Counted from the stretch's first letter, positions 16,694 to 24,542 are shown. The stretch: 64,000 nt of DNA from Coriobacteriia bacterium (GCA_009777935.1 WRKU01000003.1:16554-80553); one strand, 5' to 3'. The notes: generated by a model from the letters alone, not told the origin. Program-made: numbers and translations.

Positions 16694-17514
16694 CCAAGAC
16701 ACCAAACAGCAGAAGGAATCTTGACATAGCGATTGAAAGAGCTTTTGGAACAGGCGATAATTTCTTGCGAACAAGAACCCTTATTGCCAATACAATCGTC
16801 GGCCAGATGCTTCCATCAGGTGTTGTGAAAGGTGGCAGTTCTTTGAAGTTTCGCTGGGGCAATGAAAATGCACGTTTCACGAATGACCTAGACACAGTCC
16901 GAGGTACTGCTCTTACAGAATTTGAAGAACAGATGGCGGAGCTACTGGAGAAAGGGTGGCATGATTTCACCGGCAGACTTGTGGCTAGAGCGCCCGCAAC
17001 ACCAGAAGGTGTTCCCACTCAATACGTGATGCAGCCATTTGAGGTAAAGCTTTCCTACAAAGGAAAGGCGTGGCTAACAGTAATTCTTGAAATCGGACAC
17101 GATGAGATAGGCGATGCCTATGAGCCCGAGTATACAATCTCTGAAAGCATCGTCCAAATATTTTCGAAAATCGGACTGCCTAGCCCGGCTCCCATGCCTT
17201 GCATGGCACTTCATCATCAAATCTCACAGAAGCTTCATGGACTCAGCGAAGAAAACAGCTCGCGTGCCCATGATCTCATAGACCTGCAACTGATTGTCAA
17301 AAATGAAAACATCGATTATGCGGCTACGCGACAGGCTTGCGTGAGGCTCTTTGCATATCGAAATCTTCAGGCTTGGCCGCCAATCATCAAGAAAAAAGAA
17401 AACTGGGGTGAGTTATACGATGCCCAAAAGAACAATCTTTCTGTGCTGGACAGTGTCGATGAGTCTGTTGTCTGGACAAATAAGCTGATCAAGAGAATAG
17501 ACGCTGTGGCATAA
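16690..17514 (+). CDS. AbiEii/AbiGii-family nucleotidyltransferase toxin-like protein
   Basis: 274 aa. VKGGSSLKFRWGNENARFTNDLD fits the GG(S/T)xL...R.S.D(L/I)D nucleotidyltransferase core of AbiEii. It is translationally coupled to the upstream AbiEi-like gene. Confidence 0.65.
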   Translation: MTKTPNSRRNLDIAIERAFGTGDNFLRTRTLIANTIVGQMLPSGVVKGGSSLKFRWGNENARFTNDLDTVRGTALTEFEEQMAELLEKGWHDFTGRLVARAPATPEGVPTQYVMQPFEVKLSYKGKAWLTVILEIGHDEIGDAYEPEYTISESIVQIFSKIGLPSPAPMPCMALHHQISQKLHGLSEENSSRAHDLIDLQLIVKNENIDYAATRQACVRLFAYRNLQAWPPIIKKKENWGELYDAQKNNLSVLDSVDESVVWTNKLIKRIDAVA

Positions 17515-17617
17515 AGTGACGCAGGAGAATTCCACAGAAACATCGTGTAATCAAACCCTGATGAAATTGCTACATATTTACAGAATCTTTTCTCCCCCTA
17601 AATATAAGAATTGTTCA

Positions 17618-18106
17618 ATGAAGCGAAGAGCACTCATTGTCTTTGTAACGCTTGCGGTAGCTGTGATGACCACAGGGTGCAACAAGCACCCCCTAGAATC
17701 ACGTATCGTAAGATATGCTGAGAGAAACCATACGGGTGAATACCTAGAGATAAACCTAGCGGATTTTACCGATTTTGAATGGGATAGAGCTGTTGTCTAT
17801 GCACATCCAGTAACAAAAGCAGAAATAGAAGAAGCTCTCGGCATAGAGTGCGATATCCTCTTTGATCTGCAGTCCGGGATTATATTTGCCCATAACGGTA
17901 AAGTTATGTATGACGAAGTGTTTAAGCAAAAGTATCGAGGAATTGATCCAGTAGTTGCTTCATTTCTGATGCATCATAACCAAGACGTGAATAAAACTCC
18001 ACGTTTTAGGGTGCTGACTCCGCAAGACGCTATATTCGAACTCCGCAAGAACGAATTTGGCCCATCTGAACACTACAATTATCACAGACTATATCCGAAG
18101 GATTAA
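17618..18106 (+). CDS. putative lipoprotein (candidate immunity protein)
   Basis: I chose ATG 17618 inside track ORF 17516-18106. MKRRALIVFVTLAVAVMTTGC has a signal peptide plus a lipobox-like TTGC. Its last ~24 codons lie inside the 89-bp repeat. Confidence 0.55.
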   Translation: MKRRALIVFVTLAVAVMTTGCNKHPLESRIVRYAERNHTGEYLEINLADFTDFEWDRAVVYAHPVTKAEIEEALGIECDILFDLQSGIIFAHNGKVMYDEVFKQKYRGIDPVVASFLMHHNQDVNKTPRFRVLTPQDAIFELRKNEFGPSEHYNYHRLYPKD

Positions 18107-18122
18107 TTCTCAATATGTCAGT
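18034..18122. repeat. 89-bp direct repeat, copy 1
   Basis: ATTCGAACTCCGCAAGAACGAATTTGGCCCATCTGAAC...GGATTAATTCTCAATATGTCAGT has 3 mismatches in 89 (hand alignment) to 22516-22604. Confidence 0.9.
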
Positions 18123-18272
18123 ATCGGCTAAAAAGTATTCTGTATTCCCGTCCATTCTTAGATGCACGAAAGAACAAATCGTTGAGACATCTGAAGTCTC
18201 ATAGCGACAACCCTTCGAGTGTTGAAATAATAGCACCACCTCGCACCTTGGCAACTGAATAGGTGACACACT

Positions 18273-18560
18273 AACCCGTATACCTACAACGCCGAGCGCA
18301 CTGACCGCACCACCGGCATGCAGTATCTGCGTGCGCGCTACTACGCACCCGATGCAGGCCGCTTTATCACCGAAGACACCTATCGTGGGGAATCGGGAGA
18401 TCCATTGACGCATAACCAGTATGTCTACACCGCCAACAATCCGCTGCTTTATAGCGACCCAAGCGGGCATATGTACAAAAAGCTATGCACGAGAAAGCCC
18501 AATCTGGAGACCATTCTTGGCTTCAGGATCTCAGCAAAATATATTGGGATGCATACATGA
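18273..18560 (+). pseudogene. orphan Rhs core-end fragment with a different, very short C-terminal tail
   Basis: 18273-18470 aligns base for base with 12086-12283 of the main rhs gene. The first 50 nt are identical and there are about 6 mismatches in the first ~113 nt. It encodes NPYTYNAERTDRTTGMQYLRARYYAPDAGRFITEDTYRGESGDPLTHNQYVYTANNPLLYSDPSGH, then only 29 codons to a stop. The frame is closed by TGA 18264-18266 just upstream. Confidence 0.8.
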
Positions 18561-18627
18561 AAAGGTATTTTCTCGAATAGAATAGAGTGCTGTATTGACG
18601 TAAGCGAACATTGCACGATGAAAGGAT

Positions 18628-19335
18628 ATGAGGCGGATGAACAGAATAATGGAAGGCATCAAGCGCAAGAAATGGGCAGTAGCAGCATACGTTGCAGGAA
18701 CGTTTATAGTGTCGTTCACGCGGCTTTCCTATGCACTCATTAATCCCGATAGCAACATTCTTGCAGCAGCTACTGATGCATCTTTTTTTGCGGTAGGGTT
18801 GTTTGTTCTTTTTGTTTTTGGCACACTGCTTTTTCCTGTTGGTCTGTATCTTTGGATGCGTCCGATAACGCTCGGAAAGTTTTTTAAGGAGCTTGCTCTG
18901 GGACTCATGCTTGCTCTTGGTGCGGTGTTTTTGTTTGGCATAGTTTTGGGAGCTCTCGCGATATTTGTATTTTGGGATACAGAAGTGGCGGGGATGCATG
19001 TTATTGAAATAATTGCTACGCTAGGTGCCATAGTATCTGCAGCGTATATTGTCTGCATAGTAGCACGTATGGCTGCACTGGGCTCAGTTGCTGCTCGTAT
19101 TTCATGGCGTACATTTCTTGCTGTATTGGCAATGCTTGTGGGCGGAGATATTTTGCAGGCAATACTTGATTTTCTGCCGAAAAATGTTTTGTTTGTAATT
19201 ATAAATGCGACGCTAACGACAACTTTTGCAACATTCACATTTGTCGTTGCGGTTATGTTATGTCGCAAGTATGACGGTTCAAGAAATGGACAAATGAATG
19301 CCCCCGAGTCGATAGTGGAAGCAAAAATAACCTAA
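18628..19335 (+). CDS. polytopic membrane protein (about 6 TM), candidate immunity protein; paralogue of 24543-25208
   Basis: 235 aa and very hydrophobic. Shares collinear motifs with the 24543-25208 product: LYLWMRPI(T/A)L..F.K, SAY(I/V)(V/I)C, L(D/E)(F/Y)LP(K/N)NV. Lies immediately downstream of the orphan Rhs tip. Confidence 0.65.
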   Translation: MRRMNRIMEGIKRKKWAVAAYVAGTFIVSFTRLSYALINPDSNILAAATDASFFAVGLFVLFVFGTLLFPVGLYLWMRPITLGKFFKELALGLMLALGAVFLFGIVLGALAIFVFWDTEVAGMHVIEIIATLGAIVSAAYIVCIVARMAALGSVAARISWRTFLAVLAMLVGGDILQAILDFLPKNVLFVIINATLTTTFATFTFVVAVMLCRKYDGSRNGQMNAPESIVEAKIT

Positions 19336-19414
19336 TCTCAATAGACTCAAATCAAGATAGACTACAAAATGCTATGAGTAGTTTATATTACGGAGCCAAA
19401 AGAGGGAAAAATAT

Positions 19415-19609
19415 ATGAAACTTGAAGATGGGGCCTGCCAGAAGCTTTGTGTGTGAAGCCATTGAACAGCAAGTGAGGTGGACGATGAGAAGAAGTTTTT
19501 TACTCGCGCTGTATACTTTTGGGGCTGGGGATGTTATAGCGGGAGCGCAAGATATATGGTGGGTATATTCGTAGTTGCCTTCATAGTTTCTATGTTTTCT
19601 GCGGGATGA
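19415..19609 (+). pseudogene. degenerate third copy of the zinc-ribbon/TM immunity gene
   Basis: ATG 19415 opens MKLEDGACQKLCV*. Downstream fragments (..EQQVRWTMRRSFLLALYTFGAG.., ..GIFVVAFIVSMFSAG*) match the middle and end of the 13086 and 15659 products but are in different frames. Ends in junction-repeat copy 3. Confidence 0.5.
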
Positions 19610-19630
19610 AAAACGTAGACTCCTGACGTG
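19559..19630. repeat. 72-bp cassette-junction repeat, copy 3 (diverged)
   Basis: GTGGGTATATTCGTAGTTGCCTTCATAGTTTCTATGTTTTCTGCGGGATGAAAAACGTAGACTCCTGACGTG aligns with copies 1 and 2. It shares ACGTGCTAA with copy 2. Confidence 0.75.
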
Positions 19631-19684
19631 CTAAAATAGCAACGTTGCTGTAACCACTTCCATCAGGGGTGTCAGAAGGGTAAA

Positions 19685-20113
19685 ATGATGGACTTTCTTT
19701 CAATTGAGCGAGTGTGGGAAGATATAGAATTTTTTGAGATTGAAGTTGTGGCTCAATCAGAGACTATCTGTGCAAAAACTCAAAGCTACACACAGGATTC
19801 ACGTATAGACGAACTCGCCTCACGCCTGGCGACTTTTCCGCAAAGCCCCGATGACAGATATCTATGGGAAAATGGCACTAAAGGCGATCATTCGACAACA
19901 TGTGTGTCTCTTGAGTTTTCATGTGAAGATGCACTTGGTCATCTTCTTATTGAAGTCTATATGGAACTGGAGGACGGGGGTTCCTACGAAACACACAATT
20001 GTTGCTTTTATATTAGAACAGAGCCTGACACACTCAATCGTTTTGGCAAATCTCTTGCCAGGATAAACGAGAGAGGCATTGGCAAAAAAGCTACCTTGGC
20101 ACCATTGGTGTAG
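19685..20113 (+). CDS. hypothetical cytoplasmic protein (candidate immunity protein)
   Basis: 142-aa acidic ORF in the island with no TM segment and no recognised family. Confidence 0.45.
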   Translation: MMDFLSIERVWEDIEFFEIEVVAQSETICAKTQSYTQDSRIDELASRLATFPQSPDDRYLWENGTKGDHSTTCVSLEFSCEDALGHLLIEVYMELEDGGSYETHNCCFYIRTEPDTLNRFGKSLARINERGIGKKATLAPLV

Positions 20114-20197
20114 AGTAGTAAGTGCTAAAGTTTGGATGACGCTGATTGTTCTGTGAATTTGCATGGTTCGTAGACCAACAACAGGGGTGATTTAACA

Positions 20198-20980
20198 TTG
20201 GTACGTACCATCCACCTAGATAGTTCCTTGCCTGAAAACAGCAACTATTCTTACGAGCAAGTTGCATTTTGGTCGATGCCTGAAAACAGGAACTACGCTT
20301 GTGAGCAAATCTCTCTATGGCTAGACAAGCTGTTGGCTGAAAATTTTGCCGGAAAAGATATCATCGAACAGCAGCTTGCCGGAGCAGCCTATAAAGTGTA
20401 TGGCGAGTATGAATATATCTCTGTGATTTTTGCGCCGAAGACTAATGAACGTTATCCGTATCGTACGCGAGTTCCAGTAACGATGGATGCTAGTCAACCC
20501 AACGGAAACATAGTAACGTTTTTGTTGCATGTTGCAGATGGTTTTATTAATGAAATGCAAATATATAACGCAGATGGAACAGATATAGATGGCAACTTTG
20601 ATGTCTCGAATGTGAGCTATTTATTCGCCGAAGAGATAGCTTTGGGGAATGCTATGACCGTTGAGCAGGAAATCGCAGACGACAAAAGGCGTCTAGGGAA
20701 ATTAATGGAGGAGAAAAAGGTGCCATTAGGTGCAAGACCGTGGGTGGCATACCTTGTACTCGTATTCGGAGTAGCTGCTTTGCTGGCAACAGTTTTTCGT
20801 TATCCTTACTACCCCTATTACTCAATTATGCTCGGAATATTTGCAATCTACTTTTCTCTGTTTGTGTGGCTCAATCCACAGGCAGAACCGAGACAAAAAC
20901 TGATAGCAAAAGTTGCAGCAGTACTTGGTGTCGTGACACTCCTTGCAATCGTTGGATATTGGCTGATAGGTTACGTATGA
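20198..20980 (+). CDS. fusion protein: unknown N-terminal ~170-aa domain + C-terminal copy of the ~90-aa three-TM module
   Basis: TTG start with AGGGGTGA upstream. The N-terminal part contains a 16-aa duplication (PENSNYSYEQVAFWSM / PENRNYACEQISLWLD) arising from a diverged 48-bp tandem repeat at 20231-20326. The C-terminal MEEKKVPLGARPWVAYLVLVFGVAALL...NPQAEPRQKLIAKVAAVLGVVTLLAIVGYWLIGYV is paralogous to the ORFs at 22762-24421. Confidence 0.6.
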   Translation: MVRTIHLDSSLPENSNYSYEQVAFWSMPENRNYACEQISLWLDKLLAENFAGKDIIEQQLAGAAYKVYGEYEYISVIFAPKTNERYPYRTRVPVTMDASQPNGNIVTFLLHVADGFINEMQIYNADGTDIDGNFDVSNVSYLFAEEIALGNAMTVEQEIADDKRRLGKLMEEKKVPLGARPWVAYLVLVFGVAALLATVFRYPYYPYYSIMLGIFAIYFSLFVWLNPQAEPRQKLIAKVAAVLGVVTLLAIVGYWLIGYV

Positions 20981-21210
20981 GAATGTTGAATAATCAAACA
21001 AACACCGCTGTTAAAGATATTAACGATGCATCGTACGAACACGTATAAAAAATGCTCCACTGCCATCAGGAAGTCCAAGTTGGGCGGACATCGGCAAGCT
21101 GTCGTTAGGAGAAATTCAAAGAAGAGCGCAACAAGGACTACCTGGCTATAAGGCAATATTTAAGCTGCTTAACAGCAACGAGTACAACAGGCAGAAAAGA
21201 GGTGTTCTCT

Positions 21211-21438
21211 ATGTATGGTTTAAACGATCTGATAATGTTTTTAAATCGGCTTGAAGAGGAAAAATTTTATTACAGATTGACAAAGATTAGGGATAGCATC
21301 ATGGTCATTGTCTCTGTTCCTGGGCAAAAATGGGAAATTGAGTTCATGCCTGATGGCTCGATTGAAATAGAGAAATACTGCAGTAATGGTGAAATTTTTG
21401 ACGAGCGTGAAATAGATGTTTTATTCAAGGAGTTTTAG
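21211..21438 (+). CDS. small hypothetical protein (candidate immunity protein)
   Basis: 75 aa from ATG 21211, with AAAGAGG 8 nt upstream (track start GTG 21202). The start overlaps the end of an open frame that looks like a toxin-tail remnant. Confidence 0.45.
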   Translation: MYGLNDLIMFLNRLEEEKFYYRLTKIRDSIMVIVSVPGQKWEIEFMPDGSIEIEKYCSNGEIFDEREIDVLFKEF

Positions 21439-21483
21439 GAATAAATCAGCGGTTGAAAACGACATAATATTTATTATTCGTAT

Positions 21484-21927
21484 GTGGGGCTGATAAAGAG
21501 AGGTGAGAAAATCGATTTTTTGAAGGGTTTAATAAATAATCAGATAGTAAGAGTTATCAGCGCTATGCTGGCTGTCCTGCTGCTTGCTTATCTTGTGATG
21601 TTTCTGGACACAAATTCTCTCTATCGTGAAGTGAGAGATGTTTTTCTCTGGAAGGTTGATAGAGCGGAAACAGAAGGAAGGCCGATAAATGCCTATAACA
21701 TGAGCTATCGCTTTCCCGACGAAGAGCTCGGAGGGGTAAATTTGGAATTAGTGCGACTGTTCACTCTGCACAATTTTAAGGACGGATACATATGGGCTCT
21801 ATATAGCAAGGAAGCTTATAACAAAGATGGAAAAATTATCAATGGATCAATAGGTATATTCACAAAATGGAAGATTCATAAAGAAAACGGCGAATGGGAA
21901 ATCGTCGAGATATTTGAAGCACCATAG
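21484..21927 (+). CDS. hypothetical membrane-anchored protein
   Basis: 147 aa. N-terminal TM segment (VISAMLAVLLLAYLVMFL) plus a ~100-aa domain ending ...KENGEWEIVEIFEAP. Organisation resembles the split ORF at 14120-14625. Confidence 0.5.
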   Translation: MGLIKRGEKIDFLKGLINNQIVRVISAMLAVLLLAYLVMFLDTNSLYREVRDVFLWKVDRAETEGRPINAYNMSYRFPDEELGGVNLELVRLFTLHNFKDGYIWALYSKEAYNKDGKIINGSIGIFTKWKIHKENGEWEIVEIFEAP

Positions 21928-22049
21928 CAGTGACCCATTGGTGGAACAAAAATGGAGGCGACAGTTGCTAGAGAGTTAGGAGAGACCACTCTCGAGTTTA
22001 CGGTTTGATACTTGCTCTTCTGAGTTCATTGGATATTATGAGGTGGGAT

Positions 22050-22664
22050 ATGCGAGATAGCAGATGGATTGTAGCCGCGGTATTGTTTGGGGTAATTTTG
22101 ATGATTGTTGGCTGTAGCGATAGAGCAAAACCAGAATATAAAGAGATAACTATCGGCCAAGATGTTGCAGATGTAACACTATCGGGTGGCAAGCAATTAT
22201 TATCAATACGAATATCAGGTTGCTATTATTATCGTGAACCTAATGGTCATGTGGTTTTAGTAACGACACGTGATGGAAAAACAATCACAGCGGCGGTCGT
22301 CTATTCTGTCGACAGAGATTTGGTGTACAGCAAGGGCGTTGGCGTTGTTGATGAGAGCAGCAATCTTGATGACTATATAGGTCAACCGTTTGGTGTTCTT
22401 AAGCGAGAGTTTGGGCCACCACCCCTTGATCTTGGCAGTGGCTTCTATATACCAGCATATTTCACCAATCGGGGAAACCTTGTGACCTTTGGATCGCATG
22501 CTAGCCTATCAGAAGATTCGAACTCCGCAAGAACGAATTTGGCCCATCTGAACGCTACAATTATTACAGGCTATATCCGAAGGATTAATTCTCAATATGT
22601 CAGTTGTACTGCGCTGAAGAACATCGGACAACAATTACTCACCAACTTACCTTATTTCAAATAA
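22050..22664 (+). CDS. putative lipoprotein whose 3' end was replaced by the 89-bp repeat read out of frame
   Basis: ATG 22050 is preceded by GAGGTGGG. MRDSRWIVAAVLFGVILMIVGC has a signal peptide plus a lipobox-like IVGC. From about 22516 the reading frame crosses repeat copy 2 in a different frame from copy 1 and runs on 60 nt past it. Confidence 0.5.
   Translation: MRDSRWIVAAVLFGVILMIVGCSDRAKPEYKEITIGQDVADVTLSGGKQLLSIRISGCYYYREPNGHVVLVTTRDGKTITAAVVYSVDRDLVYSKGVGVVDESSNLDDYIGQPFGVLKREFGPPPLDLGSGFYIPAYFTNRGNLVTFGSHASLSEDSNSARTNLAHLNATIITGYIRRINSQYVSCTALKNIGQQLLTNLPYFK
22516..22604. repeat. 89-bp direct repeat, copy 2
   Basis: See 18034-18122. Confidence 0.9.
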
Positions 22665-22761
22665 AACGCAGTTTAGAATGTCATGCTGATGGGGGTCAAC
22701 TATTTCGTTGCAGGGGTTAGTTTAGAACGTTAGCCACAAATTTCAAAGGAGTCGATATCTT

Positions 22762-23031
22762 ATGCAAGATGAAGAAGTACCTCGCGGCGCAGAACCGTGG
22801 TTTCCTTATTTCACTCTGGTATTGAGCATATTTCCGTTAATGACTCAGACTGTACGGTGGCTATTTTTCATGCCAATATACGCAACGTACTTTTCTGTTT
22901 TAATCCTGCGTGAACCACAAACTAGTGCAACGGCAAAATCAATCGCAAGAATTACGCTTGTATTAGGAATAATGGGCTTGATGATGTTTTGCGTGCAACT
23001 GGTTCTTATTTTAATGAACTACACCGAATAG
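22762..23031 (+). CDS. small three-TM membrane protein, array member 2
   Basis: 89 aa: MQDEEVPRGAEPWFPYFTLVL...LREPQTSATAKSIARITLVLGIMGLMMF. It has the same architecture as the other array members (N-terminal (V/T)P.G..PW motif, 2 TM, basic loop, TM3). AAGGAG lies upstream. Confidence 0.6.
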   Translation: MQDEEVPRGAEPWFPYFTLVLSIFPLMTQTVRWLFFMPIYATYFSVLILREPQTSATAKSIARITLVLGIMGLMMFCVQLVLILMNYTE

Positions 23032-23059
23032 AGTTTTTTACGTATGATAAAGATACGGG

Positions 23060-23395
23060 ATGGGAGAGCTGATGGAAAAACAAAAGACCCCTTTAGGCAC
23101 CAAATGGTGGGTTGCAGGCCTTTCTCTTGTTCGCGGAGTAGCAATCTTTGTGCTGACAGTCTTCTTCTTTGGATTTAGCGCGATTTTTGGTACCGTAGCG
23201 CTCCCGACAGCACTTCCGCGCCCTTATGTGTATTCGCTCCTTTTGCTGATACCGGCAATCGGCCTCTCTGCGCTCGTTTTGCGCCAACCGCACATTGGCA
23301 GAAAACAGAAATATGTCGCGTGGACTGCTGCTGTGCTAGCAGGAGTTTCTCTGGCCGCTTTTCTGAGATTGCTCAGTATGTTTTCACCGGCCTAA
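23060..23395 (+). CDS. small three-TM membrane protein, array member 3
   Basis: 111 aa: ...MEKQKTPLGTKWWVAGLSLVRGVAIFVLTVFFF...LRQPHIGRKQKYVAWTAAVLAGVSLAAFL. Paralogous pattern. Confidence 0.6.
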   Translation: MGELMEKQKTPLGTKWWVAGLSLVRGVAIFVLTVFFFGFSAIFGTVALPTALPRPYVYSLLLLIPAIGLSALVLRQPHIGRKQKYVAWTAAVLAGVSLAAFLRLLSMFSPA

Positions 23396-23461
23396 GGCAG
23401 AGAGCTGTGTCGTGGTGTTTTTCTGTGGTTACTCGACGTAACAGCAAGTTAGGGGAAATTA

Positions 23462-23743
23462 ATGGAAGACAAAAAGGTGCCATTAGGAGCAAGGCCGTGG
23501 GTCGCGCCTACTGCTCTGATTTGTAGCATGATGGCATTCCCGCCAATTATGAATGATGATTATGGCTTGGCCGTTCTCTTTCTCGTAATTGCGGCTCCCT
23601 TGTGTATATTGGTCTTGCGTGAGAAGAAAGCTAGTAAGGGAGCAAGATTTGCTGCGACAATGGCGACAGTGTGGACCGCAATTCTGTCGATGCCCTTTTT
23701 AAGTGAGCTTGCGGCGATACTTGATACAGCTATTGCGGGCTAA
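23462..23743 (+). CDS. small three-TM membrane protein, array member 4
   Basis: 93 aa: MEDKKVPLGARPWVAPTALI...LREKKASKGARFAATMATVWTAILSM. The first ~45 nt are nearly identical to the corresponding part of 20198-20980 (GAAAAAGGTGCCATTAGG.GCAAG.CCGTGGGT). Confidence 0.65.
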   Translation: MEDKKVPLGARPWVAPTALICSMMAFPPIMNDDYGLAVLFLVIAAPLCILVLREKKASKGARFAATMATVWTAILSMPFLSELAAILDTAIAG

Positions 23744-23802
23744 CTTTCGATATGCAGATGCATGTCATGGCTTTAAGAACTCTAAGAGAGAGCGAGAAGT
23801 CC

Positions 23803-24069
23803 ATGCAGGAAAAACAAAATGGTTTTTGGAGAGGAAATCTATCAATAGCGCAACTTTCGTTTCTTTCGTTATTTTGTGCGATAGTGGCTCTACCGTTGGC
23901 TCTTATGCGGTTCCCTCTTTTCCCAGCCGCACTTGGCATAAGCGCTATTTGGGGCAGCTATTTTGTATTTCGGGATCCGCAGGCAGAACCGAAGCAAAAG
24001 CTCATGGCGGCTGCTGCAACAATACTCGGGATTGCCGCACTTCTTGTGATTCTCGTATTTTGGCTGTAA
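23803..24069 (+). CDS. small three-TM membrane protein, array member 5
   Basis: 88 aa from ATG 23803 inside track ORF 23752-24069: MQEKQNGFWRGNLSIAQLSFLSLFCAIVALPLAL...FRDPQAEPKQKLMAAAATILGIAALLVILVFWL. It shares the PQAEP(R/K)QKL motif with 20198-20980. Confidence 0.6.
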   Translation: MQEKQNGFWRGNLSIAQLSFLSLFCAIVALPLALMRFPLFPAALGISAIWGSYFVFRDPQAEPKQKLMAAAATILGIAALLVILVFWL

Positions 24070-24133
24070 AAACATGAGACGATGGAAACGGAGCCATAGC
24101 ACAAATGCTGTATGGGTTACAGAGGAGTGAGAT

Positions 24134-24421
24134 ATGAGCGCGTCAACGCAAGATGATAAGTTACCTTTTGGAGCACAGCCATATGTTGCCTATCTCTCAC
24201 TCGTGGGTGGTGTGTCAGCTCTCTTGGCGTTTTTTGTCGATGTACTCTATCCTGTCATCCTTGGATTCTTTGCGTTTTACCTTGGCTATCTGGTTTGGAG
24301 TGAACCGGAAGCGGATCGAAAGTTAAAATTGATTGCAAAAATCGGTACTGTGCTCGGAGCCATGGCGCTCGTTGCATTTATGATTTTTTGGCTAATTGGC
24401 TATTTTGTTACGACTACATAG
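24134..24421 (+). CDS. small three-TM membrane protein, array member 6
   Basis: 95 aa: MSASTQDDKLPFGAQPYVAYLSLVGGVSALLAFF...WSEPEADRKLKLIAKIGTVLGAMALVAFMIFWLIGYF. The C-terminal WLIGY matches the end of 20198-20980. Confidence 0.65.
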   Translation: MSASTQDDKLPFGAQPYVAYLSLVGGVSALLAFFVDVLYPVILGFFAFYLGYLVWSEPEADRKLKLIAKIGTVLGAMALVAFMIFWLIGYFVTTT

Positions 24422-24542
24422 TCTTTGCTGTTTTGTACTCGTTCATAATTTTGCGCTGTGCTGAAAAAGTGTGAGTGGCTTTCACTCAAGAAGTTTTGTT
24501 GATGCACACGTAGTATAATGAGTATCGTGAGCAAAAGAGGGC

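Noticed and set aside
18030-18470. 146-aa minus-strand ORF across the orphan Rhs fragment, and the minus-strand ORFs 18523-18999, 18729-19268 and 24482-25252 across the polytopic genes.
   Set aside because: The plus strand carries recognisable Rhs-core homology and plus-strand protein paralogy (18628 against 24543). The minus-strand products have no paralogy or motifs.
20740-21048. 102-aa ORF overlapping the 3' part of 20198-20980 in another frame.
   Set aside because: The overlapped frame encodes the conserved three-TM module that is paralogous to five other genes, so the alternative frame is spurious.
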